Origin: an uncultured Verrucomicrobiae bacterium
GTDB lineage: Bacteria > Verrucomicrobiota > Verrucomicrobiia > Chthoniobacterales > JAATET01
Assembly (NCBI GenBank): GCA_963719495.1
Contig: CAVRCI010000001.1
Location: 32,001 to 96,000, forward strand
Direction: 5' to 3'
Length of the DNA stretch: 64,000 bases
Shown here: one piece after another, positions 53,590-63,672 of the stretch
Layout of the letters: every line of letters begins with the position of its first letter
Numbering within the stretch: the first letter of the stretch is position 1
Position numbers and translations under genes: made by a program
Notes under the pieces: model-generated
What the model saw: only the letters and a program-made list of their open reading frames with translations
Told to the model about the DNA's origin: nothing
Database searches by the model: none

Positions 53590-54615
53590 ATGGGCAAAAA
53601 GAAAAAGCACTCCCACAAACGTCCCCGCGTCCTCGTCACCGGGGCCGCCGGATTCATCGGCAGCGCCATCGTCCAGGCCCTCAACGCCCAGGGCATCGAC
53701 GACATCCTCGTCACCGACGTCCTCGGCCACGACGAGAAGTGGCGCAACCTCGCCCCCCTCCGCTTCGACGATTACCTCCAGGCCGACGACCTGCTCGCCC
53801 GCATCACCGCCGACCCCGACGCCTTCGGGCGCATCGACCGCGTCTTCCACCTCGGCGCCTGCTCCGCCACCACCGAGACCGACGGCGATTACCTGATCGC
53901 CAATAACTACCGTTACACGCAGACGCTCGCCGAGTGGGCCCTCGCCCGCAACGCCCGCTTAGTCTACGCCTCCTCGGCCGCGACCTACGGCGACGGCGAG
54001 GAGGGCATGGACGACACCGACGCGGATCTCCACCGCCTCCGCCCGCTCAACCTCTACGGCTACTCGAAGCAACTTTTCGACCTCCACGCCCAACGCCGCG
54101 GCTACCTCGACGACATCGTCGGCGTGAAGTATTTCAACGTCTACGGCCCGAACGAATACCACAAAGCCGACATGCGCAGCCTCGTCTGCAAGGCCTACGA
54201 CCAGATCCAGGAGACCGGCCGCATCAAGCTCTTCAAGAGCCACCGCAAGGACTACCGGGACGGCGAGCAAATGCGCGACTTCGTCTACGTGAAGGACGCC
54301 GTCGCCATGACCCTCCACCTCGCCGACAGCGAGGACGCCGGCGGTCTCTACAACGTCGGCTCCGGCGTCGCCCGCACCTGGCTCGACCTTGCCCGCGCCC
54401 TCTTCGCCGCCTTGGACAAAAAGCCGGCCATCGACTTCATCGACATGCCCGAGTCGATCCGCGACCAATACCAATACTACACCTGCGCCGACATCGGCAA
54501 AATCCGCGCCACCGGCTACGAAGCCGAGACCACCTCACTCGAACGCGCCATCCACGACTACGTCACCAACTACCTCGAGCCCCACGCCCGCCTCGGCGAC
54601 GAACCCACCGACTGA
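53590..54615 (+). CDS. hldD: ADP-L-glycero-D-manno-heptose 6-epimerase
   Basis: VTGAAGFIGS, HLGACSATTE, YASSAATYG, PLNLYGYSK, YFNVYGPNEYHK, YQYYT. Confidence 0.95.
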   Translation: MGKKKKHSHKRPRVLVTGAAGFIGSAIVQALNAQGIDDILVTDVLGHDEKWRNLAPLRFDDYLQADDLLARITADPDAFGRIDRVFHLGACSATTETDGDYLIANNYRYTQTLAEWALARNARLVYASSAATYGDGEEGMDDTDADLHRLRPLNLYGYSKQLFDLHAQRRGYLDDIVGVKYFNVYGPNEYHKADMRSLVCKAYDQIQETGRIKLFKSHRKDYRDGEQMRDFVYVKDAVAMTLHLADSEDAGGLYNVGSGVARTWLDLARALFAALDKKPAIDFIDMPESIRDQYQYYTCADIGKIRATGYEAETTSLERAIHDYVTNYLEPHARLGDEPTD

Positions 54616-54616
54616 C

Positions 54617-55429
54617 ATGCGATTCCTCACCACCCTCCTCCTCGCCTCCGCGTTCCCGACCTTCGCGGCGACCGAATCCGCCATCGAAGCCCGCGCCGCC
54701 GACTCGCAATCCCGGCTCGCGAAGTCCGAAGGCGGTCAGCTCATCCTCGACTCCGTCGAAGCCCACGGCGGCTTGAAGAAATGGTTCAGCAACGGCCCGC
54801 TCCGCTTTCGCTGGACCTACCACCTGAGCGACAAGGGACCCGACGCCGTCGTCGACACCGTCCAGACCGTCGACACGTGGTCGTCCCGCGCCGTCCACAC
54901 CGTCCCCGCCCGCCCGGAGGTTTCCTTCGGCTGGGACGGCAAGGAAGCTTGGATCGTTCCAGCCGACGCCGAGTTCACCCCGCCCCCGGCCTTCTGGGCC
55001 CTCACGCCCTACTACTTCGTCGGTCTCCCCTTCGTCCTCGCCGACCCCGGCACCAACTTCGAAGTCCTCCCCGACATCCGGTTCGAGGACAAATCCTACC
55101 GCCAGGTGAAAGTCACCTACGACTCAGGCACCGGCGACTCACCCGACGACTACTACATCGCCCTCATCGACCCCGACACCAAGCAACTCCGCGGCGTCCG
55201 CTACATCGTCACAAGCCCCCTCGTTGCCCCGAACGGCCCGGGCCCCGAGAAGTTCCTCACCCACGAAGGCCTCACCGAATTCGAAGGCATCCTGCTCCCC
55301 ACCGCCCACGTCACCTACGAGATGAATGGCGACGAGATCGGCCAAAAAATGCGCACCGCCGAAGTCACCGAAATCAAATTCGTAGATGGAGCCGACTTCA
55401 CAATCCCCAAAGGAGCAAAGCTCCTGTAG
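54617..55429 (+). CDS. Hypothetical secreted protein (DUF6503-like)
   Basis: AHGGL..W, YYFVGLPFVLADPG, VTY..GTGDSPDDYY; ATG 54617. Confidence 0.72.
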   Translation: MRFLTTLLLASAFPTFAATESAIEARAADSQSRLAKSEGGQLILDSVEAHGGLKKWFSNGPLRFRWTYHLSDKGPDAVVDTVQTVDTWSSRAVHTVPARPEVSFGWDGKEAWIVPADAEFTPPPAFWALTPYYFVGLPFVLADPGTNFEVLPDIRFEDKSYRQVKVTYDSGTGDSPDDYYIALIDPDTKQLRGVRYIVTSPLVAPNGPGPEKFLTHEGLTEFEGILLPTAHVTYEMNGDEIGQKMRTAEVTEIKFVDGADFTIPKGAKLL

Positions 55430-55531
55430 GGGAGCGGGGGAGCGCGGGCTTCCAGCCCGCCGTTCTGGGCATCCTGCCCGGAACTTCCAAACCAACCGCC
55501 GAAGGCGCACTTCCTCCACCCACCCACACCC

Positions 55532-56233
55532 ATGCCCGAAACCATCCTCATCACCGGAGCCAACCGAGGCATCGGCCACGCGCTCGCCCTTGCCTTCGCC
55601 GCCGCCGAATGGACCGTCTACGCCGCGGGTCGCGACGCCGAAGCCCCCTCCCTCACAACCGCCGCCGAAACGCACCCCAACCTCCACCCCATCGAGATCG
55701 ACGTCCTCGACACCGCCACCCTCGCCCGGGCCGCCGCGACCCTCGGCGACATCCCGCTCGACGTCCTCGTCAACAACGCCGCCATCTTCCCCGGCAACGG
55801 AGACGAGACTCTCGAGACCCTCGACCCCGATTGGTTCGCCGAAGCCGTCGAGACCAACGTCGCGGGAGTCGCCCGCGTCACCCGCGCCTTCCTCCCGCAC
55901 CTGCGCCGCGCCCCGAGCGCCCGCATCGTCAACGTCTCGTCCGGAGCCGCCTCCATCGGCGAAAAGGAAGACAATTCCTACTACCCCTACGCCGTTTCCA
56001 AGGCCGCCCTCAACATGCTCACCCGCGCCATGGCCGCCGAATTCTCGCCGGAGAACATCATCGTCACGCCCATCAGCCCTGGCTGGGTGAAAACCGACAT
56101 GGGTGGCCCCAACGCCCAGATCACCCCGGAAGAATCAGCCGCGTCGCTCTTCCAAACGATCACAAAACTCACGTCGAGCGACTCAGGAAGATTCCTGGAC
56201 CGCGACGGCGAACAAGACCGCTACCAGTGGTGA
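55532..56233 (+). CDS. Short-chain dehydrogenase/reductase (CsgA/C-factor-like)
   Basis: TGANRGIG, NNAA, YAVSK, PGWVKTDMGG. Confidence 0.92.
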   Translation: MPETILITGANRGIGHALALAFAAAEWTVYAAGRDAEAPSLTTAAETHPNLHPIEIDVLDTATLARAAATLGDIPLDVLVNNAAIFPGNGDETLETLDPDWFAEAVETNVAGVARVTRAFLPHLRRAPSARIVNVSSGAASIGEKEDNSYYPYAVSKAALNMLTRAMAAEFSPENIIVTPISPGWVKTDMGGPNAQITPEESAASLFQTITKLTSSDSGRFLDRDGEQDRYQW

Positions 56234-56306
56234 CCCGAAAAATCGCCCCAGCGATTCAAACCCGACCTTCAGACCTTCAGACCTTCAGACTCGAAAGACC
56301 CGCTCA

Positions 56307-56648
56307 TCACATATCACGCTCGGCTTTCACCAGACCCAGCGACTGACCGAACACGACGCGCGCCCGGTCCAGCAATTCGCCCGCCCCGGCGACCGATCCG
56401 TCCCGCGCGTCGCTCTCGATCTTCGCCATCAACGACGTGAAGCCGATGAACCCAAAGTTCGCGGCGCTTCCCTTCGCCTGATGCGCCGCCCGGGACGCCG
56501 CGTTGGCGTCCGCCGCGTCGATCCCGGCCTGAACTTCGTCAAGAATTCGCGGCAAATCCTGCTCGAAATCGCGGTAAATTTCCACGAAGTCCTCCGTGTA
56601 GCCATCGGCGATCATATCGAGCTGCTCGAAATCGACTGGTGCATCCAT
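56307..56648 (-). CDS. Stand-alone Hpt phosphotransfer domain protein
   Basis: AAHQAKGSAANFG; ATG 56648. Confidence 0.88.
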   Translation of the reverse strand: MDAPVDFEQLDMIADGYTEDFVEIYRDFEQDLPRILDEVQAGIDAADANAASRAAHQAKGSAANFGFIGFTSLMAKIESDARDGSVAGAGELLDRARVVFGQSLGLVKAERDM

Positions 56649-56729
56649 TTGTCCAGCTTGCGACGAAGATCCGGGGCCGTAAAGGCTAATGGCGAGAAAC
56701 GGCAATAGCGATTTTGCCGACGCGAAATC

Positions 56730-57320
56730 TCACGCCAAGGGCCAGCGGAAATCACCCTTCAACTCGACCCCGACCGCCAGCCGCCGCTCGTATTCGGCCC
56801 GCGGAATCTCCACCGCCCCGAATCCCACCAGATGCGGAGTCGTCCATTGAATGTCCAAAAGCTGAAACCCACCCGCCGTCAAAATCCGCATCAGCGAAGC
56901 AAGCGCGACCTTCGAGGCCCCACCGAACCGCGAAAACATCGACTCGCCGAAAAACACTCCGCCCAGCGAGACTCCGTAAAGCCCCCCAGCCAGCTCCCCA
57001 TCGCGCCACACCTCCACGGAATGCGCGTGCCCGATCTCGAAAAGCCGCCCGTAACTCCCCACGATCACGTCGTCGATCCAAGTCTCGTCCCGCTCGCCGC
57101 AAGCCCGCATCACACCTTCGAACTCCGTGTCGATCCGCACCTCCCACGCCGGATCCCGCAGCGTCTTCCGCGCTCCGTGCGGCACCCGAAACCCATCCAA
57201 CGGCAGAATCCCCCGCGGATCCGGCGCGTACCACCGGATGTCCCCCGGCCCCATCGCCATGGGAAAAATCCCCGTTCGGTAAGCCAACAGCAGGGTCTCA
57301 ACAGGAATCAGCATTGCCAT
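56730..57320 (-). CDS. aat: Leucyl/phenylalanyl-tRNA--protein transferase
   Basis: LAYRTGIFPM, PDPRG, TWI, AHSVEVW, GGLYGV, FFGESMFS, ASKVAL. Confidence 0.95.
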   Translation of the reverse strand: MAMLIPVETLLLAYRTGIFPMAMGPGDIRWYAPDPRGILPLDGFRVPHGARKTLRDPAWEVRIDTEFEGVMRACGERDETWIDDVIVGSYGRLFEIGHAHSVEVWRDGELAGGLYGVSLGGVFFGESMFSRFGGASKVALASLMRILTAGGFQLLDIQWTTPHLVGFGAVEIPRAEYERRLAVGVELKGDFRWPLA

Positions 57321-57347
57321 GTCAGTCGTCTCCACTATGCTGCCGCG

Positions 57348-57524
57348 GTGAAAATTGTCTCCATCCTTTGCGCGATTTCTGCCGCGATCCTCTGCGGCGG
57401 CTGCGCCCTCTCCGAGACCTCCGCCGACGATGTGGGCGAGCAGTTCCAGGACGGCATCCAGGGCCGCGGCCGCATCGTTCCGAACGACCCGACAAACGAC
57501 GGCTTCGGCAACGAGTATCAGTAA
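57348..57524 (+). CDS. Small putative lipoprotein (58 aa)
   Basis: GTG start; hydrophobic N-terminus with lipobox-like LCGGC; ends 7 bp before guaA. Confidence 0.6.
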   Translation: MKIVSILCAISAAILCGGCALSETSADDVGEQFQDGIQGRGRIVPNDPTNDGFGNEYQ

Positions 57525-57531
57525 GCGCAAG

Positions 57532-59118
57532 GTGTCCGACCCCACTCCGCCCACCCCCCGCGTCAGCGGGATCGTGATCCTGGATTTCGGTTCCCAATAC
57601 ACCCAGGTCATCGCGCGCCGAGTCCGCGAGTGCTCCGTTTATTCGGAGATCCTCCCGCACGACACCAAGGCCTCCGCCATCGCCAAGCTCGGTGCCCGCG
57701 GCATCATCCTCTCCGGCGGTCCCGCCAGCGTTTACGCCAAGAACGCGCCCAAGCTCGACCGTAAAATCTTCGACCTCGGCCTACCCGTCCTCGGCATCTG
57801 CTACGGCATGCAGCTCATCGCCCACAACCTCGGCGGCAAAGTCGAACGCTCCACCCACCGCGAATACGGCCCCGGGACCCTTCGTGTCACCTCTCAAACC
57901 AAGCTCTTCGCCGATCTCCCGAAGGATCTCGAAGTCTGGAACTCCCACGGCGATCGCCTCACCGCCCTCCCGCCCGGCTTCAAACCCCTCGGGCGCACGG
58001 AAAATTCCCCCCACGCTGTCATCGGCGACACCAAGCGCAGGATCTTTGGCCTCCAATTCCACCCCGAAGTCGTTCACACCCCGCGCGGTAAGGAGATCGT
58101 CGCCAATTTCGTGCACCGCGTCTGCGGCTGCCCCGCCGACTGGACCATGGGCTCGTTCATCGAGACCACCTGCGAACAAATCCGCGCCCAAGTCGGCGAA
58201 GACCGCGTGATCCTCGGCCTCAGCGGCGGCGTCGATTCGTCCGTCGCCGCCGCCCTCCTCCACCAAGCCATCGGCGACCAGCTCACCTGCATCTTTGTCG
58301 ACAACGGCCTCGTCCGCGCGAAGGAAACCGAGTCGGTGAAAAAACTCTTCGCTGGCCACTTCAAGATCAACCTCAAGGTCATCGACGCGTCGTCCCGCTT
58401 CCTCACCAAGCTCAAGGGCGTCACCGACCCCGAGCGCAAACGCAAGATCATCGGCAATGAATTCATCAAGGTCTTCGAGCAGGCCGCCCGCGATCTGAAA
58501 AAAGCCGTCAAAGGCAAACACGGCTACAAATTCCTCGGCCAGGGCACGCTCTACCCCGACGTCATCGAATCCGTCGCGATCGCCGGCAACCCCGCCGCCC
58601 TCATCAAATCCCACCACAACGTCGGCGGCCTCCCCGAGCGCATGAAATTCCAACTCGTCGAGCCGCTCCGCCAGCTCTTCAAAGACGAAGTCCGCCAGGT
58701 CGGGCGCGAACTCGGCCTCCCCGAATCGCTCGTCGGCCGCCAACCCTTCCCCGGCCCCGGCCTCGCCGTCCGCATCCTCGGCGAGATCACCCCCGAGCGC
58801 CTCCGCATCGTCCGCGAAGCCGACACCATCGTCCTCGAGGAAATGAAGTCCTCCGGCTGGTATGGCAAAGTCTGGCAATCCTTCGCCGTCCTCCTTCCCG
58901 TCCGCAGCGTCGGCGTCATGGGCGACGAACGCACCTACGACTACACCATCGCGCTCCGCGTCGTGGACAGCCAGGACGGCATGACCGCCAACTGGGTCCG
59001 CCTCCCCTACGAATTACTCGGAAAAATCTCCACCCGGGTCATCAACGAAGTCAACGGAGTGAACCGAGTCTGCTACGACATCAGCAGCAAACCCCCCGCC
59101 ACCATCGAGTGGGAGTGA
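57532..59118 (+). CDS. guaA: GMP synthase (glutamine-hydrolysing)
   Basis: [46 protein letters not shown]. Confidence 0.97.
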   Translation: MSDPTPPTPRVSGIVILDFGSQYTQVIARRVRECSVYSEILPHDTKASAIAKLGARGIILSGGPASVYAKNAPKLDRKIFDLGLPVLGICYGMQLIAHNLGGKVERSTHREYGPGTLRVTSQTKLFADLPKDLEVWNSHGDRLTALPPGFKPLGRTENSPHAVIGDTKRRIFGLQFHPEVVHTPRGKEIVANFVHRVCGCPADWTMGSFIETTCEQIRAQVGEDRVILGLSGGVDSSVAAALLHQAIGDQLTCIFVDNGLVRAKETESVKKLFAGHFKINLKVIDASSRFLTKLKGVTDPERKRKIIGNEFIKVFEQAARDLKKAVKGKHGYKFLGQGTLYPDVIESVAIAGNPAALIKSHHNVGGLPERMKFQLVEPLRQLFKDEVRQVGRELGLPESLVGRQPFPGPGLAVRILGEITPERLRIVREADTIVLEEMKSSGWYGKVWQSFAVLLPVRSVGVMGDERTYDYTIALRVVDSQDGMTANWVRLPYELLGKISTRVINEVNGVNRVCYDISSKPPATIEWE

Positions 59119-59204
59119 GGAAGGGGAGCGCGGGCTTCCAGCCCGCCGTCCCGAGCTTCCAGCTCGGGACCTCGTAACCAACGGCGAAGCCGCAAACCCC
59201 GCAC

Positions 59205-59729
59205 CTAATCCTCCGGCGGCTCCCGCCCCTGCGAAGCAAACAACCGCCGCAGAAAGTCGATGTCCCCTTGATCCTTCGGTCGATTCGCCCGCCGCTTCAT
59301 CCGCCAGAGCAACTCCGGACTCGCGAACGGAATCGCCACACCATCCAGCTCCCGCACCACCACGCTCTTCGAAGCCTCCGCGTAATCGATCCCGGAAGCC
59401 TTCGCCATCAAATCGACAAGAATTTCATCCGCGACCCGCACGACGATGTGTTTGGCCACCTCCCCGGGCTCCAACTCGCGAACGCACCCGTCCGGCAAAG
59501 TCGCCAACGCGTCGAAGACCAGAGCTTCATTTCTGAGGTCTGCGTCGACCACCAGATCGACGTCTTTGGTAGGACGATCGTATCCAACGGCTCGAATCGC
59601 AAAGCCACCAACGACGAGATAGGAAGCCCCTCGAGCATTCAACTCCCGGCAGAGGCTCACAAGATCCTCCAAAGAAGGATCGCGGGAAGTCAGTTCGCCG
59701 GTTTCGGGATCAAACGGTCCATCAGCCAT
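59205..59729 (-). CDS. Nucleotidyltransferase (Pol-beta superfamily, AbiEii/DUF6036-like)
   Basis: VVGGFA, RPTKDVDL, C-terminal K...RPKDQGD; ATG 59729. Confidence 0.82.
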   Translation of the reverse strand: MADGPFDPETGELTSRDPSLEDLVSLCRELNARGASYLVVGGFAIRAVGYDRPTKDVDLVVDADLRNEALVFDALATLPDGCVRELEPGEVAKHIVVRVADEILVDLMAKASGIDYAEASKSVVVRELDGVAIPFASPELLWRMKRRANRPKDQGDIDFLRRLFASQGREPPED

Positions 59730-59908
59730 TGGTCTGCCTCCTCGAACGAATTGAACCGATAAACCCCACGCGGCGCGCGCGCGCCATGACCCGCTTTCCA
59801 CCAGCTGACTTTTGCCGCGGTTTCCTGCGGCGAGACGCGGAGCGGGTCACAAACTCGCCGACCGACCGTCTTGCCGATCGGATCATCAAGATTGAAAATC
59901 GCGTCCAC
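59690..59908 (-). CDS. Small hypothetical protein, putative partner/antitoxin
   Basis: PRGVYRFNSFEEADQW motif; overlaps the nucleotidyltransferase start. Confidence 0.65.
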   Translation of the reverse strand: MDAIFNLDDPIGKTVGRRVCDPLRVSPQETAAKVSWWKAGHGARAPRGVYRFNSFEEADQWLMDRLIPKPAN

Positions 59909-59980
59909 TTCTGAATCCTACGCACCTAGACCCCAAAAACCAAATTCCAAAATCCCCCCGACCCTGCTAGTGGTAAGCCA

Positions 59981-60484
59981 ATGAGCGTGGAACGAGCCAT
60001 CTACCCCGGCAGTTTCGACCCGATCACCTTCGGCCACCTCGACATCATCGAACGCGCCCTCGCGATGTTCGACCACCTCATCGTCGCCGTCGCGGCCAGC
60101 GACTCGAAGACCCCCCTCTTCACCGTGGACGAACGCGCGGCCATGATCCGCGACTCCGTTCCCGCCGGAGCCAACGTCACCGTTCTCACCTTCGACGACC
60201 TCCTCATCAATTTTGCGCAGCGCGAGAAAACCTTCACCGTCATCCGCGGCCTCCGAGCCGTCTCCGACTTCGAGTTCGAATTCCAAATGGCGCTCATGAA
60301 CCGCCGCCTCGACGCCCGGCTCGAAACCGTCTTCCTCACCCCGAAAGAAGACTGCACCTTCATCAGCTCCCGCATCGTAAAGGAAGTCGCCCGGCTCGGC
60401 GGAGACGTCTCCGCGTTCGTCCCCACCTCCGTCGCCCGCACCCTCCAAGCCCGCGCCGGAAAATCACCAACCGCCACCTCATGA
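59981..60484 (+). CDS. coaD: Phosphopantetheine adenylyltransferase
   Basis: YPGSFDPITFGHLDII, RGLRAVSDFEFE, ISSRIVKE. Confidence 0.97.
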   Translation: MSVERAIYPGSFDPITFGHLDIIERALAMFDHLIVAVAASDSKTPLFTVDERAAMIRDSVPAGANVTVLTFDDLLINFAQREKTFTVIRGLRAVSDFEFEFQMALMNRRLDARLETVFLTPKEDCTFISSRIVKEVARLGGDVSAFVPTSVARTLQARAGKSPTATS

Positions 60485-60954
60485 TCACCCGACTCCAGGC
60501 CCACCGTGCCCAGATTCCCCACGACGGCGCGCTCCACATCGACGGCGACCTCGACCCCGCCATCCTCGATCTCGACGCGACCGAATGGACCGCCACTTCG
60601 CCCATCCGCTTCTCCGTCGACGTCACCATCTCCGACGGCGACATCTACGCCCTCGGCTACACCGCGATCGACATCGAATCCCGCTGCGTCAAGTGCCTCG
60701 AAGACTTCGCGACCAGCCTCGAAATCCCCGATCTGGCCCTTCACCAGGAAGCCGACGGACGTGAACTCGTGGACTTGACCGACACCCTCCGCGAGGATAT
60801 TCTCCTCCTCTTACCCTCGCATCCCAGATGTGATGTCGATGGTAATCGCGAATGTCCCGCCACGTTCCGCACCGCACCGCAGGCACCGCTCGCCAATGAG
60901 CCGGCTCCCCGGTCCGACGCCTGGAACGTGCTGGACGAGTTCAAATCCAAGTAA
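60481..60954 (+). CDS. yceD: DUF177/YceD family protein
   Basis: CVKCLE, VDLTDTLREDILL.LP, W..L tail; directly upstream of rpmF. Confidence 0.85.
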   Translation: MITRLQAHRAQIPHDGALHIDGDLDPAILDLDATEWTATSPIRFSVDVTISDGDIYALGYTAIDIESRCVKCLEDFATSLEIPDLALHQEADGRELVDLTDTLREDILLLLPSHPRCDVDGNRECPATFRTAPQAPLANEPAPRSDAWNVLDEFKSK

Positions 60955-60984
60955 CCAACAACCCGGCCCGCAAGGCCCGATCCC

Positions 60985-61167
60985 ATGGCAGTCCCGAAAC
61001 GCAAAGTCTCCAAAATGAAGCTGCGCAGCCGCAAGGCCGCGAACCGCTGGCACGCCCCGCAGCTCAGCAAGTGCACCCAGTGCGCCGCCCCCGTCCTCTC
61101 CCACATCGCCTGCCCCTCCTGCGGTTACTACAAGGGCCGCCAGGTTTTGACGATCGACGCGCTCTGA
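60985..61167 (+). CDS. rpmF: 50S ribosomal protein L32 (Zn-binding form)
   Basis: MAVPKRKVSK, CTQC...HIACPSCGYYKG. Confidence 0.97.
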   Translation: MAVPKRKVSKMKLRSRKAANRWHAPQLSKCTQCAAPVLSHIACPSCGYYKGRQVLTIDAL

Positions 61168-61180
61168 GTTGAGCCGGCCT

Positions 61181-61445
61181 GTGATTGGTGGCTGGTGAAT
61201 GGTGATTAGTGGAATGCGCCCACTAGCCGGCAACGGCGCTGGGGAACGCACGCGTCCCGCGTGCGAGATGCGGCGTCCCGCCGCATCACCCCGGCAATTC
61301 GAGCGAAGCGAGAGAGCCGTCCGCATCCCACCAATGCCTCGCTCGCTCCCGCTCGTCTCGCCCTTCGGGTCCCGCAGAGCCGGGAGCTGCCCCGAGCCTT
61401 CCCAGGCTCCGGTGCTCACCATTCACCCCTCACCAATCACGCAAC
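61181..61445. repeat. Nested repeat cluster: inverted heptamer tract, family A REP, 87-bp-family element, forward heptamer tract
   Basis: 61181-61212 GGTGAAT-type; 61241-61319; 61338-61414; 61416-61441. Confidence 0.8.
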
Positions 61446-61449
61446 CCAA

Positions 61450-62481
61450 ATGAGAGTCGCCCTCGACGCCATGGGCGGCGACCACGCCCCGCGCAATACC
61501 ATCGAGGGCGCCGTCATGGCCCTCCGCGAGTTTCCGAAGCTCGAGACCATTTTTCTAACCGGCGACAAAACCGCCGTCGAAGCGGAGATCGCCCGCACCG
61601 GCTGCACCGACAAGCGGCTCAAAGTCGTCCACACCACGCAGGTCGTGGAAATGTCCGACCACCCCGTCGAAGCCGTCCGCCGCAAGAAGGACAGCTCCCT
61701 TTCCCGAGCCGTCGACCTCGTCAAATCCGGCGACGCCGACGCCGTCGTCTCCGCCGGCAACACCGGAGCCATGGTCGCCGCGACCACCATCAAGCTCCGC
61801 ACCCTCGAAGGCGTCGAACGCCCCGGCATCGGATCCTACCTCCCGACCGAATCCAACGTCTGCATCCTCATCGACGCCGGCGCCAACGTCGACGCCCGCC
61901 CCATTCACATGCTCCAATATGCGATCATGGGATCGGTCCTTTCTAAGCACGTTCTCGGCTTCGACAACCCGAGCGTCGGCCTCATGTCCATCGGGAGCGA
62001 GGATGCCAAGGGCAACGAATTCACCAAGGAAATCTTCAAGCTTCTCCGCAAAAGCTCGCTCAACTTCCGCGGCAACGTCGAAGGCCACGACCTCTTTCAA
62101 AATCCCGTCGAAGTCGTCCTCTGCGACGGCTTCACCGGCAACGTCGTCCTCAAGACCTGCGAGGCCACCGCATCCGCCGTCTTCCGCTGGCTCAAGCACG
62201 AGCTCATGGCCAATCCAATGCGCAAGATCGGAGCCGTTCTCGCCAAGGACGCCTTCATGGCCATCCGCGACAAAACAAATTACGAAACCTACGGCGGCAG
62301 CCCCCTCGTCGGAGTCGACGGCGTCGCCATCATCGCCCACGGATCCAGCACGGCCCTTGCCATCAAAAACGCGATTCGCGTAGGGTGCGAGTTCGTCGAT
62401 CGGAAGATCAACCCTCGCATCATCGAGGCCATTAAAGAGTTTAATGAAAAAGTCTCCTCGGACCCGGACCCAGCAGCCTAA
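61450..62481 (+). CDS. plsX: Phosphate acyltransferase PlsX
   Basis: ALDAMGGDHAP, VSAGNTGA, DAGAN, DGFTGN, HGSS. Confidence 0.96.
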   Translation: MRVALDAMGGDHAPRNTIEGAVMALREFPKLETIFLTGDKTAVEAEIARTGCTDKRLKVVHTTQVVEMSDHPVEAVRRKKDSSLSRAVDLVKSGDADAVVSAGNTGAMVAATTIKLRTLEGVERPGIGSYLPTESNVCILIDAGANVDARPIHMLQYAIMGSVLSKHVLGFDNPSVGLMSIGSEDAKGNEFTKEIFKLLRKSSLNFRGNVEGHDLFQNPVEVVLCDGFTGNVVLKTCEATASAVFRWLKHELMANPMRKIGAVLAKDAFMAIRDKTNYETYGGSPLVGVDGVAIIAHGSSTALAIKNAIRVGCEFVDRKINPRIIEAIKEFNEKVSSDPDPAA

Positions 62482-63460
62482 CCGCACCGTCTCCATCATC
62501 GGCACCGGCAGTTACGTCCCCGAACGCATTCTCACCAACGCCGAACTCGAAAAACTCGTCGACACCAACGACGAATGGATCACCTCCCGCACCGGGATCA
62601 AAGAGCGCCGCATCGCCGCCGAGGGCGAACACACCAGCCACCTGGCCGCCGAGGCCGCCCGCCGCGCCATGGAGCAAGCCGGCATCACCGCGAACGAGAT
62701 CGACCTCATCCTCGTCGCCACCGTCACCCCCGACACGTTCTTCCCCTCCACCGCCTGCCACGTCCAGCGCCACCTCGGGGCGAAGGAAGCCGCCTGCTTC
62801 GACGTCTCCGCCGCCTGCTCCGGATTCCTCTACGGCGTCGAAATCGCCCAGCAATTCATCGCCAACCACACCTACGAGACCATCCTCGTCATCGGCGCGG
62901 ACAAACTCTCGTCCATCATGAACTGGGAGGACCGCAACACCTGCGTCCTCTTCGGCGACGGAGCCGGAGCCGCCATCCTCCGCTACCGCGCCGGGTCCCA
63001 CGGCGTCATCACCACCTACATGGGTAGCGACGGCAATTACGGCGACATCCTCCACATGCCCGGCGGGGGCTGCGCGGTCCCGGTCACATCCGAAAACGTC
63101 GATCAACGCCTGAACACCCTTCACATGAACGGCCGCGAGACCTTCAAGCAAGCCGTTCTCTCCATGGGCCACTCCGCGCGGAAGGCCCTCGAAGCCGCCG
63201 ACCTCACCATCGACGACCTCACCTGCATCATCCCGCACCAGGCGAACATGCGCATCATCGAAGCGCTCTCGGACCGGATGAAAATCCCAATCGAGAAGTT
63301 CATGGTCAACCTCGACCGCTACGGCAACACGTCCGCCGCCGCCGTCGCCATCGCCCTCGACGAAGCCAACCGCTCGGGCCGCTTCGTCGAAGGCGACTAC
63401 ATCCTCCTCGTCGTCTTCGGCGGAGGCCTCACCTTCGCCAGCAGCGTGATTCAGTGGTAA
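62444..63460 (+). CDS. fabH: Beta-ketoacyl-ACP synthase III
   Basis: WITSRTGIKERR, AACSGF, PHQANMRI, GNTSAA, FGGGLT. Confidence 0.96.
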   Translation: MKKSPRTRTQQPNRTVSIIGTGSYVPERILTNAELEKLVDTNDEWITSRTGIKERRIAAEGEHTSHLAAEAARRAMEQAGITANEIDLILVATVTPDTFFPSTACHVQRHLGAKEAACFDVSAACSGFLYGVEIAQQFIANHTYETILVIGADKLSSIMNWEDRNTCVLFGDGAGAAILRYRAGSHGVITTYMGSDGNYGDILHMPGGGCAVPVTSENVDQRLNTLHMNGRETFKQAVLSMGHSARKALEAADLTIDDLTCIIPHQANMRIIEALSDRMKIPIEKFMVNLDRYGNTSAAAVAIALDEANRSGRFVEGDYILLVVFGGGLTFASSVIQW

Positions 63461-63512
63461 TCCCTCGTCCGCGACCGGCCAAACCCGGAAAGGATTGGAT
63501 TCCCTTTGGGTT

Positions 63513-63599
63513 GTAGCGGCGTGTCTATGACCGCCGCCGATTGCGCGACAATTGAAGATCCCCCTCCCGCGAGCCCACCGGCGGTCACAGACACGCCGC
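63513..63599. repeat. GTAG-tagged inverted REP pair (REPIN-like) between convergent genes
   Basis: GCGGCGTGTCTATGACCGCCG (63516-63536) / CGGCGGTCACAGACACGCCGC (63579-63599), 20/21 complementary. Confidence 0.75.
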
Positions 63600-63672
63600 G
63601 GCAAAGATCAGGTCAATCGCGCAATTCGGCAAAACTCACCAGCATCCACCGGAGGCGAGCCAACGCCTGACC

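Noticed and set aside
52686..53747. N-terminal 354 aa of the 2850-aa ORF
   Set aside because: Antisense shadow of the TPR and hldD genes; the real signal peptide starts at GTG 52685
59100..59980. att direct repeat of the guaA 3' end
   Set aside because: No repeat of the GAGTGGGAGTGA end was found beyond the NTase pair
61261..61449. N-terminal extension of PlsX
   Set aside because: It is translated repeat DNA; the canonical start MRVALDAMGG is at 61450
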